A stretch of 63,180 bases of DNA, filler included, from Rhabdomonas costata (lineage: Eukaryota): the NCBI GenBank assembly GCA_019059605.1. It is 53 parts of 53 records of this genome, joined end to end, with 100 filler letters (N's around TTAATTAATTAA, not from the genome) between each part and the next. Parts side by side here need not be neighbours in the genome. Positions count along the whole stretch, not along the records: positions 51,347 to 52,440 come from JAHMHO010028950.1; positions 52,541 to 53,634 come from JAHMHO010028951.1; positions 53,735 to 54,828 come from JAHMHO010028952.1; positions 54,929 to 56,022 come from JAHMHO010028953.1; positions 56,123 to 57,216 come from JAHMHO010028954.1; positions 57,317 to 58,410 come from JAHMHO010028955.1; positions 58,511 to 59,604 come from JAHMHO010028956.1; positions 59,705 to 60,792 come from JAHMHO010028957.1; 45 more parts are not named here. One strand, 5' to 3'. The translations under genes and the position numbers were made by a program. Shown here one piece after another: positions 51,347 to 61,977 of the stretch (position 1 is the first letter of the stretch; each line of letters opens with the position of its first letter). Under the pieces are notes generated by a model. The model saw only the letters and a program-made list of their open reading frames with translations. It did no database searches and had not been told where the DNA came from.

Positions 51347-51515
51347 ATTGAACCTTGAATTTTTTTGAGGTTCTTATTCAATGTCAACAGTTCATAATTC
51401 AGCGCGACCTGCTCTTAGTTCAATTCCAAGTACAATGTCGTGACTAGAAGCAAAAAATCAAAAATTCAAGGCTTGAACATCTGAAGAAGAACCTCAAAAA
51501 AATTCAAGGTTCAAT
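51347..51515. repeat. 29-bp inverted repeat pair with imperfect inward extension (MITE-like, 169 bp)
   Basis: attgaaccttgaatttttttgaggttctt / aagaacctcaaaaaaattcaaggttcaat. Confidence 0.8.
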
Positions 51516-52542
51516 CCAAACCTCAGAAGGAATTCTTACTTTAGTTCGGTTCTCTGTTCTTTCTCAGCCTTCCTGATGCAGCAAGTGGTTTCCAGACGGC
51601 GGAAAAAGGTGCGTGCTTCCTGCCGCCGCTCCCCTTCCTCTTCTTCGCTATCTGTCGTACACTACCAATTGTGATCTAGGTGCCACACAGGATAGGCGGG
51701 AATGGGGGCTCACAGGTCGCAGTTGTTTGTGGGATAGTCGCAGCGGCCGCTATGGCTGCCCTTGCCGCTCGGCTGCTGCTGAGTGCGGGGAGGCGATAAT
51801 TCCTTCTCCTTGCCAGCGGTACCGCTGCACCACCTTATTCTTTTTGTTGCGGGTTTTGCCTTTTCATGGAAAAACGGAAACGTAAGACCCGAAGTTCGTG
51901 CACCTTGCACCTGTGCCGTGGTTTGGTTCGTCTTATGGAGGGAAGCTGTTATTTGGTCATTGGGCATTGGCTCGAAATCGTGCGCGAAGGGTGCCGGGTT
52001 GCGTGGGACCGGCTTATGGGAATCCACCTTGCTGTCATTGCACACTGTGATGGCTACGTTCAACTGTGTTCAACTTTTTTGAACCACCACGAAACCAAAT
52101 GACAAAGGATGGTCAAGCAGGACTCTGTCCCAAGTACCCTGTTTAACTTTCGCCGCCGTGTACGAGGCGGGTGGTTGAATTTCATGGAACACTTTTTTTG
52201 TTTTTTTGTTATTATCGCTCTCTCGGGAAGGTTGGCAATGCTGATCGCATTTGCTTCTTTTGTTTGCGGTCTTTCCCATCACAGTGCTCTTTTCCCCCCT
52301 CTCTCTTTTGTACTTGTTCATGGTGCCCTGTTCCCCCTTTCGCGTTGCTGAGACCTAGCTTCCCTTCGCAGGCATGTGGGTGTCCCTTCTGTGATCCCAT
52401 CCCCTCTCTCTTCCCCCCACCCCCCAAACACACACAACACNNNNNNNNNNNNNNNNNNNNNNNNNNNNNNNNNNNNNNNNNNNNTTAATTAATTAANNNN
52501 NNNNNNNNNNNNNNNNNNNNNNNNNNNNNNNNNNNNNNNNCG

Positions 52543-52755
52543 CACCCCGAAGTGGCGGGGGGCTTGAATAACCTTGCGGCTTTGTACAAGGCTCAAGGCA
52601 AGTTTTCGGAAGCCGAGCCCCTCCACCAAGAGTCGCTGAGCATCATGAAGAAGTGTTTCGGGGCTGGGCATCCGCTTGTGGCACAGAGTGCCAATAACCT
52701 CGCGCGCTTGTACAAGGCTCAGGGCAAGAATTCGGAAGCAGACTCCCGTTTTTAA
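52543..52755 (+). CDS. Kinesin-light-chain/nephrocystin-3-type 42-aa TPR array, 3' end
   Basis: HPEVAGGLNNLAALYKAQGKFSEAEPLHQESLSI....GAGHPLVAQSANNLARLYKAQGK.SEA; 126-nt periodicity. Confidence 0.93.
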   Translation, partial: HPEVAGGLNNLAALYKAQGKFSEAEPLHQESLSIMKKCFGAGHPLVAQSANNLARLYKAQGKNSEADSRF

Positions 52756-54560
52756 GAGTCGCTGAGCCCACTAAAGATGCAGCTTGTGGCTGAGGATGTC
52801 CACTTTGGCAGAAGGCATGAATAAGATCTTGAGCATGGGCTTTTTCAATCCTCCTTGTCAAATCAAGCCTGCTGGCCTTGGGAATACTCTGTGGTAAACT
52901 TATCCCGGTGCCTTTCGCTGTCCCGCCGTGTTGGTGCAAAGCCATTAAAGACTTAGTGCAGAAGCCCCTGCAAGGGTGCGAAGGTGCAGTCTGCACATTA
53001 CAGCGGGGTGGGCACCTGTGAGAACTGAAGAAAAGCTGAGTGGTGATGGGAAAAGAAGCATGAGCCATGCGCAAAGAGAGTTTTATGTTTCCTTTTCGTT
53101 TTTTCGTCCGGGATGGCGCGGAGGTTATAGGCTTTCCCAGTTGTGTCGTGGGTGGATGACGAGTAAAGGAAGAGTACGTGCCCGGAAATTATCGGCGAGC
53201 AACTGAATTCGGCATTTCTTAACCCACCCCGCTGAAGAAACCCCAAAATCCGAATGACAGAGAAGAGTAGGAGTGCCTTGTTCAGTCTTTTTTCTTCGTA
53301 CGTCGGTGATGCTCATTTTGGGTCTGCGGGAGAGGTAAGCCATGGTTTACTTCCCGAACTTCTCATTTGAAGTGGATATTTCCGCTTGGATATTGTGCCC
53401 CTTTTCCTACGTTGTACCGCACGCGTTTTCTTTTCTTGTGATGTCCGTCTTCGATTCCGTCCAAAGTCAGCTAGCGATTGTCCGGTGTACACAAGAGGTT
53501 CCCCAGTCCCCGGCCCGCATGGTCTTTATATTCTTTCTTTATGAGCGAAAGCATCATCGATTCCTGTGTTTGTTTTTCGTGCTTCATTCCCCTCTCTTGT
53601 TGCACTTGAGGCGCGTGCTGTTCCCCCCAACCCCNNNNNNNNNNNNNNNNNNNNNNNNNNNNNNNNNNNNNNNNNNNNTTAATTAATTAANNNNNNNNNN
53701 NNNNNNNNNNNNNNNNNNNNNNNNNNNNNNNNNNGGGGTGTGTTAAACTTTGCGCGCAGCACCCGATCATTTTGGAATTATACTACTATACTACTCCGTC
53801 CGGGTCAGTACATACATTTTGCGCATACAGGAAAGATATACAGAAAGTAGCTGCCAATATAAGATCCACAACACCCGGTAGTAGCCAGCAGCATTCTTCT
53901 GCTCTTCTGATGCCCCCTCGCATCCCCGATTAACTACAGCAAGACAGCAAGAAAGCAAATGCCGTTGCAACCGCCATTAATTATACCGCAGATCAATATT
54001 AAGAGAAACAATTGTAAGAGCCCCTTTCTACCGCACTTAATAAGCCTCTTCTTCAGTTACTGTGGTATGCGGGTGATCCAAACCATGGCGACAACATTTC
54101 CAGAGCAAGACTTTGCAATCCGACCAGAAGCACGTTGATGTGATGAAGTACAGCAAACGTGCGCATGCAAAATTCCTAAAGCAAGCTAGGCAGTTGCCAG
54201 GCGTTCGGAGAAAACACAAACGGGCCAAGTGAGTGTGCATCGAGCTCTCAGGCAGGGATTCCTTTTTCCTGTTTCTTTTTTCCTTTCCTGATTTCCTTTT
54301 TTTTTTTTAGAATTTCGGCCTACGTCCAAAAAAAAAAGCTTCAAAACAGGCGAAAAGCACAAGATGGTAGCTTGGAAGCATTTATTCCTGATTTGGAGGA
54401 TGCAGACGTCAGACTTAGAAGTTTGCTGGGACCGAAAAAGAGGTCACGCCCATCGTATAGAAGTCCGGAGACAAACTGGGAAAGGTTAGAAATTGGGTAG
54501 CCTGGGCCACAAAATGGGGAACTGGTCCAGTAATTGCGGGTGAAGTATTAACAGCCCCAA

Positions 54561-54828
54561 AGAACCTTATTCATCCCTGAGATCCTCTTTTAAATGCACA
54601 AGGCACCCCGATGACACTCTCCGGGAAATAAACCGAAAAAGACCTCGAACCACAAATGCCTTGACTAAAATGGCACAGACACCATTAAATTTCGGAAGCA
54701 CAACATATTAGAAACAATTAAAACAGAAAAACAAACTCCCAAACATGCCACACTAACAAAAGCAAACACGCACATGCATGCCTTCATCAGAACCATATTC
54801 ATCCCTGAGATCCTCTTTTAAATGCACA
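54561..54828. repeat. 40-bp direct repeat (54561-54600 / 54789-54828), one mismatch
   Basis: agaacc.tattcatccctgagatcctcttttaaatgcaca occurs twice. Confidence 0.93.
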
Positions 54829-54939
54829 NNNNNNNNNNNNNNNNNNNNNNNNNNNNNNNNNNNNNNNNNNNNTTAATTAATTAANNNNNNNNNNNNNNNN
54901 NNNNNNNNNNNNNNNNNNNNNNNNNNNNTTGTTTTGGGT

Positions 54940-55700
54940 GGTTGGCTGGTGTTGGTGTCCCTGTGTCTGCTTCTGTCGTGCTTCCTGTTGGTGCTTCTGT
55001 GTGTCCTTCGCTCTCTGTCTCAACCATGCTCCATGCAACCATGCTCTCTTGCCTCGTAACCATGCTACCTCTGCTCCTGTCTCTTTTTCTTCTGTAGTGT
55101 TGGTAGGTTGGTGCGTAGGGTGTGATGTTGGGGCTAGCGGTGTGGATGTTCCTGGTGCTTGCTGTAACAGTCTCTGTTTCTACTGTCCCTGTTGCTGATG
55201 CTGGTTCTGCCTCCTTTCCTAATGTGTCCATTCAACCATGCTCTCTGTAGTGCTGTGGCTGTTGGTGTTCCTAGCGGTATTCTTGATGCATGTGGCTGTA
55301 GCTGTATTCATGGTGCTTGTAGCTGTAACGGTATTCCTGGTGCTGGGTTGAAGGGAGTTGGAGTTGGAGTTAAAGGGTGCGTTGGGTTGAGTGACGTTGG
55401 TTGGTTGAGGGTCCACGTTTCTGACGCCAAGCTGAGTGTGAGGGTTTCTGATGCTGTCTCTATGCCTTCTGTGTCGATTCCTTCTGTCTCTGTTCCTGTC
55501 TCAAGGCCTTCCTGTCTTACGGTCTCTGTTTCTACGCCTTCTGTTTACAGTGCTTGTCCTGTGCTTGTTGTTTATGATGGTGGTTCTTGGAGTGCGTGGA
55601 TTTATGGGGCCTTGAGTTGTGTTGATGGTGTTTCTGTCTCCACTGCTTCTTGAGTGCTTGTATTTGTAACTCCAACCATGCTCTCTGTTTCTACTGCTGT
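54940..55700 (-). pseudogene. Thr/Glu-rich low-complexity coding-like tract with stops (mucin-like remnant or repeat)
   Basis: Strong strand skew; recurring ETET/ESMV peptides and aaccatgct motif, interrupted by in-frame stops. Confidence 0.3.
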
Positions 55701-56144
55701 GTAAGTGCTTGCTGTGTGTCCGTTTCGAACAACCTACCGTAACGAAGGGGCCCCACGACCGTCAGGGAGTGGGGATACAGGACCAAGGAGCGCAGCGACT
55801 GAGGACGTAAAGGATAGGAGGCATGAACGCAGTGAATGCCGACATGCAGTAGGAGGGAGCATAGCGACCGAAATCAACCATTTCTTCTGTATCTGTGAAG
55901 GAGCGTACCGCGTAGCGGGGAGCGACTGAACATCCACATTTAGGAGGAGATGACGAGCGCAGCGAGGCATCGACGACATCAACACCCTTTATTACCCCTA
56001 GAGGCTCATCGTCCCTACCCGCNNNNNNNNNNNNNNNNNNNNNNNNNNNNNNNNNNNNNNNNNNNNTTAATTAATTAANNNNNNNNNNNNNNNNNNNNNN
56101 NNNNNNNNNNNNNNNNNNNNNNTGTGGTTTTTCTGCATTGAAAG

Positions 56145-57210
56145 GTGCTCTCCTCGATTCGCACGGTGCACGCCTTCAACGGAATGGAGAGGGAGGCCGC
56201 GAGGTACGCCCGGCAGCTCTTCGCGGCGGAGAGGATGGGCATCCGCAAGGGAATCACCAGTGGCCTAGGACTGGGTAGCACCCTGGCCATCTTCTTTGGG
56301 GGCTACGCGCTGGCGTTCTTCTACGGCAGCTACCTGATCCAGTGGGGTCTCAACACCGGAGGCGATGTTGTGGCCACCCTCTTCACGGTGCTCATTGGAG
56401 CCTTCCAGGTAACCCAGCACGTAGTTGCTTTGGATGCCAGTTACGACACGGTTTTGCACTTTGCGGTGTTTCTCTATCAGTGTCAGGGTTTGCGAGCTGC
56501 TCAATCCAAACTGCTCCTCTCTGGGTTAGTTGCTTCCTTTCATCCAGCGTGTGGTGTTCTTCCCAGTTTGGTGAGACAATTCGTTGGGCCCCGTTCGCTT
56601 TTGCAGGGGGGAAGTGCTGCGCCCCTGGTCACCACCGCCCTCACTGCCTGCGCTGCGGCGTTCAAGATCTTTGAGATCATCGACAGGGTGCCCAAGACGG
56701 ACCCCAACCCCAACGTATGTGCTCTTTCTCACAGGGACCGGTCTTCCAGAAAATCCCCCATTGCGTCGGATGATTTAGATCTTGTAGATTTAGTTCCTCA
56801 TTCCAAAGCCTGAGTACGATGACGGAACTGGCGAGTTGATGTGAAGGATTGCTCAATTCCGTTCCGAAAGTACACTGCGTATCGATTTCTTTCGTTAATC
56901 AGCAGCTAGCAGTGAGCCAGCGATGTTCTTGAAATGCTCTTCCATCTGTGGATTGTGGTTTCCCATCATTAATGGGAAACCACAATCCACAGATGGAAGA
57001 GCATTTCAAGGTGTGCTGCACGGTGTGCTCGGTGTGCTGCACCATGTTACCTTGTGCAGCGGAGTTTTAGTAACTGCGCTATCTCTTTATTCTTCAGCCC
57101 TTTTCGTTGCTGTTCAGGGTGCTCGGCTGCCCAACCTTGTGGGGCACATTGAGCTCCGAGACGTCCGCCTGGAGTACCCCTCGCGGCCCGACGCCCCGGT
57201 GTTCACCAAC
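56145..57210 (+). CDS. ABCB1/MDR-type ABC transporter, exons 56145-56408, 56607-56714, 57118-~57210
   Basis: VLSSIRTVHAFNG...ALAFFYGSYLI...|GGSAAP...AAAFKIFEIIDRVP..D|G......GHIELRDVRLEYPSRPD; all junctions are phase-0 GT-AG. Confidence 0.96.
56928..57010. repeat. Perfect 39-bp-stem hairpin (5-nt loop) inside an ABCB intron
   Basis: cttgaaatgctcttccatctgtggattgtggtttcccat-catta-atgggaaaccacaatccacagatggaagagcatttcaag. Confidence 0.97.
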
Positions 57211-57552
57211 CCCCCCNNNNNNNNNNNNNNNNNNNNNNNNNNNNNNNNNNNNNNNNNNNNTTAATTAATTAANNNNNNNNNNNNNNNNNNNNNNNNNNNN
57301 NNNNNNNNNNNNNNNNGGGGGGGGGTGTCCGTCACGTTACAGGCCTGCACTGTAGCTGAACAAGACGACGTGACAAAATGTTGAGCAGGACCAGTGCAAT
57401 TGTGGGAGCACTGACTGGTCCAATGCATTGGTGGGAGACATGGCAGAGTTTCTGGATCGGGTAAGATGGGCTGTCTCATTTCTGGCCCACACACAGTTTC
57501 GGCTTCACCCGCACTGCAAGCCGAGGTGCGTGCACATTTGCTGGGATGTCAC

Positions 57553-57818
57553 CTGAGTTATCCAGTTCCAGTCGTAGGTCGGCATTGCCACCGCGTCGGT
57601 GTTGGCCCGAGAGGCGTGCGCGAACACCGGCGCCATAGGCTCCGCTGTGATGGCCTCGACAGCGTTTCCATCCCTCCGGCGCACCGCCCCTTGCCAGTCA
57701 TCAAACCGCACTGTCTCGTGGCGGGCCGCGGGGACGTCCCCGAAGAGGACCGTGAAGTCGACGTCTGGCATGTAGCCGTGGAACTTGTTTATCGTCTTCG
57801 TCAGGAAGGCCAGCGTGC
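57553..57818 (-). CDS. Glycosyltransferase family 90 (CAP10/POGLUT-like) exon
   Basis: MPDVDFTVLFGDVP...PVFAH.....DAVAMPTYDW resembles GT90 PDxEFxxxxGDxP...PvFs.....DIxxPty; cag/gt boundaries. Confidence 0.65.
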
Positions 57819-58510
57819 CTGAGGGAAGAAGGGGCCCGTGGGGCGTTGCAGTTGCTAGCACAGTAGTACGGTTTTTGGATTGTGTCCACTTTGATCTGGA
57901 ATACACTTGTGAACGTGCATCACGGATGCATCTCAGGTTTCTGTTTGGGGATAGGAATACTGAGGGCAGGACAAGTTTGGGGATACTCTTACGCAGAAAA
58001 TTCGGTTGAATGCCATGTAATGCTCCGGCTAATGGCTGGTCTTGCCGAGCATCCTTATTCAGCAGCAGACAGTTTCTGTTCACTGTTGTCTTAAGTCAAA
58101 AATTGAGAGTTGTTAGTCTTTATGGCTGAGGAAACAGAAATTAAGCAAAGTGAACTGCGAACAAACCCAGGAAATGGCAAGCCACGTTTATTGACCGCCG
58201 TGGCTGTACAGAGAAGGAACTCCTTGTTATACTTTTTGGATCATTTATAGAGACCATACATGGCCCTTGGGGTCAACAAAGCATTTCAAAATGCTGTTTT
58301 TGGTGCTACGCCAGTTTGTACACGTAGCTCTCCAGGTTGGGGATTACATCCGGGAATTAAATCCTGTCTGAAGGTAAAAAGTGTTCGCGCTTTGTCGCAA
58401 AACCAACACANNNNNNNNNNNNNNNNNNNNNNNNNNNNNNNNNNNNNNNNNNNNTTAATTAATTAANNNNNNNNNNNNNNNNNNNNNNNNNNNNNNNNNN
58501 NNNNNNNNNN

Positions 58511-59387
58511 GGTTTGTTGTTATTATCTTTTCAACTGACAAATTTTCAATCTTTGTATATCCTTTTATATTTGTTTCTACATCATCCTTATTTATTTTTA
58601 TAAAATCATTAATATCAACATCTCCATTTATTATAATTTGTTCTGTATCATGTAAAACATTAAATAATATATTCTTTTCTAAATTAGACACTTGTATACT
58701 TCCGTTTATTGCAATTGTATCTGCAAATTTAGGATTAATTTCTACAATTGCATTACCATTTACATTGGTACCAAGATGTATAATATTATGAACAACAAGT
58801 TCCTGAAAATCATTTAATACACTTGTTGTATTTAATGAATCAACATTTGTCGAAAAAATATGTCCCCATCTTGTAGTTGAATTACCTAAATCTATATATG
58901 AACTTGCCGGTAATAAATATTTATTTTGTTTATTAAATACAGTTCCACAAATATTATGTGATGTAAAAGGAAGTGATTCATCTAATTTATTTTGTTGTGT
59001 TAATGCTAATTGTGTCGCCGTTGATGTATCTGTTGTAGTGAAATTAAATAATGGACTAAAATCAATTGAATATGAATATGTAGGATCTGGTATTATATGT
59101 TGTTTTAATACTAGACCATTTGATGTCGATATTAACCATTTCGGTACATATAAATCTCCACCAATATATGTATTATTATATGTCATTGTAGAATTACGTG
59201 ACCAAATATTTCCTCCATTTACTTCATTTAATGATATTACATTATCACCAATTCCAACACCACCGCCAACAATAAATGATGCATTTTTAAGTCCTGTTGC
59301 TGTTTTTGTTGAATATATTCTTGCTGTTAGAAAATTATTATTTGTATTTATAATTACACCAGTTGGAATTACTGAATTAGTTGTCAT
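58511..59387 (-). CDS. Intronless AT-rich gene, N-terminal part; virus-like structural/fibre protein
   Basis: More than 290 open codons, N/I/T-rich, with no introns. The motifs NASFIVGGGVGIGDN and IDLGNSTTRWGHIF resemble giant-virus/phage fibre repeats. The contig is far more AT-rich than all the others. Confidence 0.6.
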
Positions 59388-59599
59388 AAATATACATATA
59401 TATTATATTATTTTTCTCTTATTGTGGTTTTATTTTTATAATAAAATGTATTCATATTGTAATGTTTTATCAAAATAATATTCCCAAAAAAAATAATATA
59501 ATATATATGTATATTTATGACAACTAATTCAGTAATTCCAACTGGTGTAATTATAAATACAAATAATAATTTTCTAACAGCAAGAATATATTCAACAAA
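59305..59599. repeat. 111-bp perfect inverted repeat pair (59305-59415 / 59489-59599) covering the gene start
   Basis: The ATG region MTTNSVIPTGVIINTNNNFLTARIYST is present on both strands, separated by a 73-nt loop. Confidence 0.95.
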
Positions 59600-60896
59600 C
59601 ACAANNNNNNNNNNNNNNNNNNNNNNNNNNNNNNNNNNNNNNNNNNNNTTAATTAATTAANNNNNNNNNNNNNNNNNNNNNNNNNNNNNNNNNNNNNNNN
59701 NNNNTTTTTGGTTTAAAATAAATCGGAAATCGGACGTGGCGTTTATCCTGAAATCATAAATGGTGTCTACCATGGATGATGGTAACATAAATGGTCGGTC
59801 CCACGGGATTCCAAAGCAAGAGTTTGCAGGCGGTAAGAGACGATGCACGTGTCTCTGGAATTACAGCTCAAGTTGAGCAGGGTTTAAAGGCTGGTGCATG
59901 AGTGGCCTTGTGTCAACGTCCGCAGCACACTGTGAGGAACGCAAGGGTCGCAGAGCATTCACGTCTTAATCTGAACTGCTCTGAGAAGCTCTCACCTTCT
60001 TTTTGCTTCCAAGTGTTGTTGCTTAAATCCAATCTGCCCGCTGCCTACCATCTCAGATGAATTCAAGTAGGCTCGCAAGCTTTCCGCTTCAAATCACAAT
60101 TGTTGCTATGCATCAATGTAAAAACCACTTTTTGCCTCCAGCACCTATGCGATCCGGAAAAAAGTTGTGCACAGCATTTTGCTTCAAATCGGAATCGCTC
60201 GACCCGATTCGGATGACTCCCACTCCCACATATGCTGCGAGGCGAAACAGGCTCCTCACCACAGCCATCCACTGCGGCCCCGCCACAGAATGGCAGCCCA
60301 CGCGTCGGCTGGCCTTCGCCACAAACCTAATGCTGTCCCACTCCTCCCGCCATATCCCGACAAAAGGTTAGTTCTTACGCAGCAGCAGCAGCACTGAGCA
60401 GTTATCCGTTAATTCATGGGAAGTCTCCAATTACCACTGGTAGCCGTTACCGCTTCAACCTCTCCAGCCTTACTAGGGCAGGGCAAAATGGGCAAAATGC
60501 TTACGGTACATGTGAAAAGTTTTTGGACACACACCCGCAATAAGTTCGCCTAAAAGACTTCAATGTCGAGAGTGGCCACCAATGGAAACGCCGTTTGTCT
60601 GACCCTTCTCCATTGCCGTGGCTTTACTTTGCTTTGCTTTGCTTTGGTTTTCCTCGACTTTGTGAGGCGAAGTATGATTTCACTCACCAGACGCTCAGCT
60701 CCACATCTCTCAATCACTGCATACCTGCGACACAGCACTCCTCTGGGGTGCAGTCTAAGCCACGGCACGTGATGCCGGAGGGATTAGGGCGGNNNNNNNN
60801 NNNNNNNNNNNNNNNNNNNNNNNNNNNNNNNNNNNNTTAATTAATTAANNNNNNNNNNNNNNNNNNNNNNNNNNNNNNNNNNNNNNNNNNNNTTGT

Positions 60897-61921
60897 TTGT
60901 GTCTGTTCGAGCTGGACGGGCGCAAGGTGGGTCACGACTTCCTGGAGCAGGCCCGGGAGATCGTTGACCGGCCCCCGTTTGTTTTTGACTTTGAAAAGAT
61001 GGACGAGGACGCGCTGGGCCACTTCGCTCTTCGGCTCGCCCTCTGCATCTCGTATGTGCGCTCACTCTTTTTTAGGGGGCTCTTCTCTGGACTTTGTGGG
61101 TTGATATGACGGTGCCACTCAATGTGTTTGGGTAAATGACGGCCACGATGCCCCCCACGTTATTTACTTGATTGGTGATTCCATCAAAGCTGTTGGTACT
61201 AATGCGATTTTCTTTCGTGTTGACCATCCAGTTTTGTCTAGGTTGGGGTTTTCCAGACCTCTGTCCCCAGCTACTTTTCCTTCCGGCACGCAGGTGTGGG
61301 CACAACACGGTAAGGTCGTTTAGCGTTGTACAGATGTAACCCCTTCGCACCTGTCCCTTGGGGTTGCCGGGCACAGGGAGCGGTGGCGGCAGTGGTTTGT
61401 GAAGTACGAGGTTATCTTATTCCGGGTCCGACTGAGCCTGATGAAGGCCTCACAACAGCAGGATGTGCTGCGCCGGAACAACATCCGCGTCGAGGAGGTG
61501 GGGAATATCCCTCCTTTCCTGACTGTTGGCTCTCCCTTCCCTCCTCTCCTCTCCCGCTCCATTACTATGGAATTGCAACCCTTTGGTCTGGGCATTCGTC
61601 TCTGCGACGAGTTATGAATTGTATATTCGCGGTTTGTTGGGCCCCGCGACCCACCCCACCTCGCCGTCCAGCGCTTTGGGCGCTTCATCACGATATCCGC
61701 GGACTTTCAGCCAAAAACCTTCATATGCTGGACTATCTTGTTTCTTTTTTTTATCTTCTGAAGACCTTCTGTGTTGTAAATATGCCCTTGAAGGACCCTG
61801 TTTGTGTGCGTTTTGTCAGGTTTCAGAGGAGGAGCGTTCACAGCTCGAGCATCAGCTTCTGGCCGTGCAGGATCTCGAGGATGACTCCCGCGCCACCGCG
61901 CCCGAGAGCAAGTACTACAAG
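60897..61921 (+). CDS. Three exons (~60897-61051, 61377-61497, 61820-61921) of a hypothetical protein
   Basis: Phase-consistent GT-AG introns: ...RLALCIS-ERWRQWFVKYEV...IRVEE|VSEEERSQLEHQ...ESKYYK|gcacac. Confidence 0.7.
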
Positions 61922-61977
61922 GCACACAAACAGGGTCCTTCAAGGGCATATTTACAACACAGAAGGTCTTCAGAAGA
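61754..61977. repeat. 56-bp perfect inverted repeat pair (61754-61809 / 61922-61977) bracketing one exon
   Basis: tcttctgaagacc...ccctgtttgtgtgc and gcacacaaacaggg...ggtcttcagaaga. Confidence 0.95.

Noticed and set aside
52753-52755. TAA reassigned to Gln (alternative genetic code)
   Set aside because: The sequence after the TAA is frameshifted and decayed, and dynein ends normally at TAA (11272).
2393-59387. ART-NACHT, TPR array and viral ORF as one linked defence island
   Set aside because: They lie on separate contigs that are only joined by artificial linkers; no physical linkage is shown.
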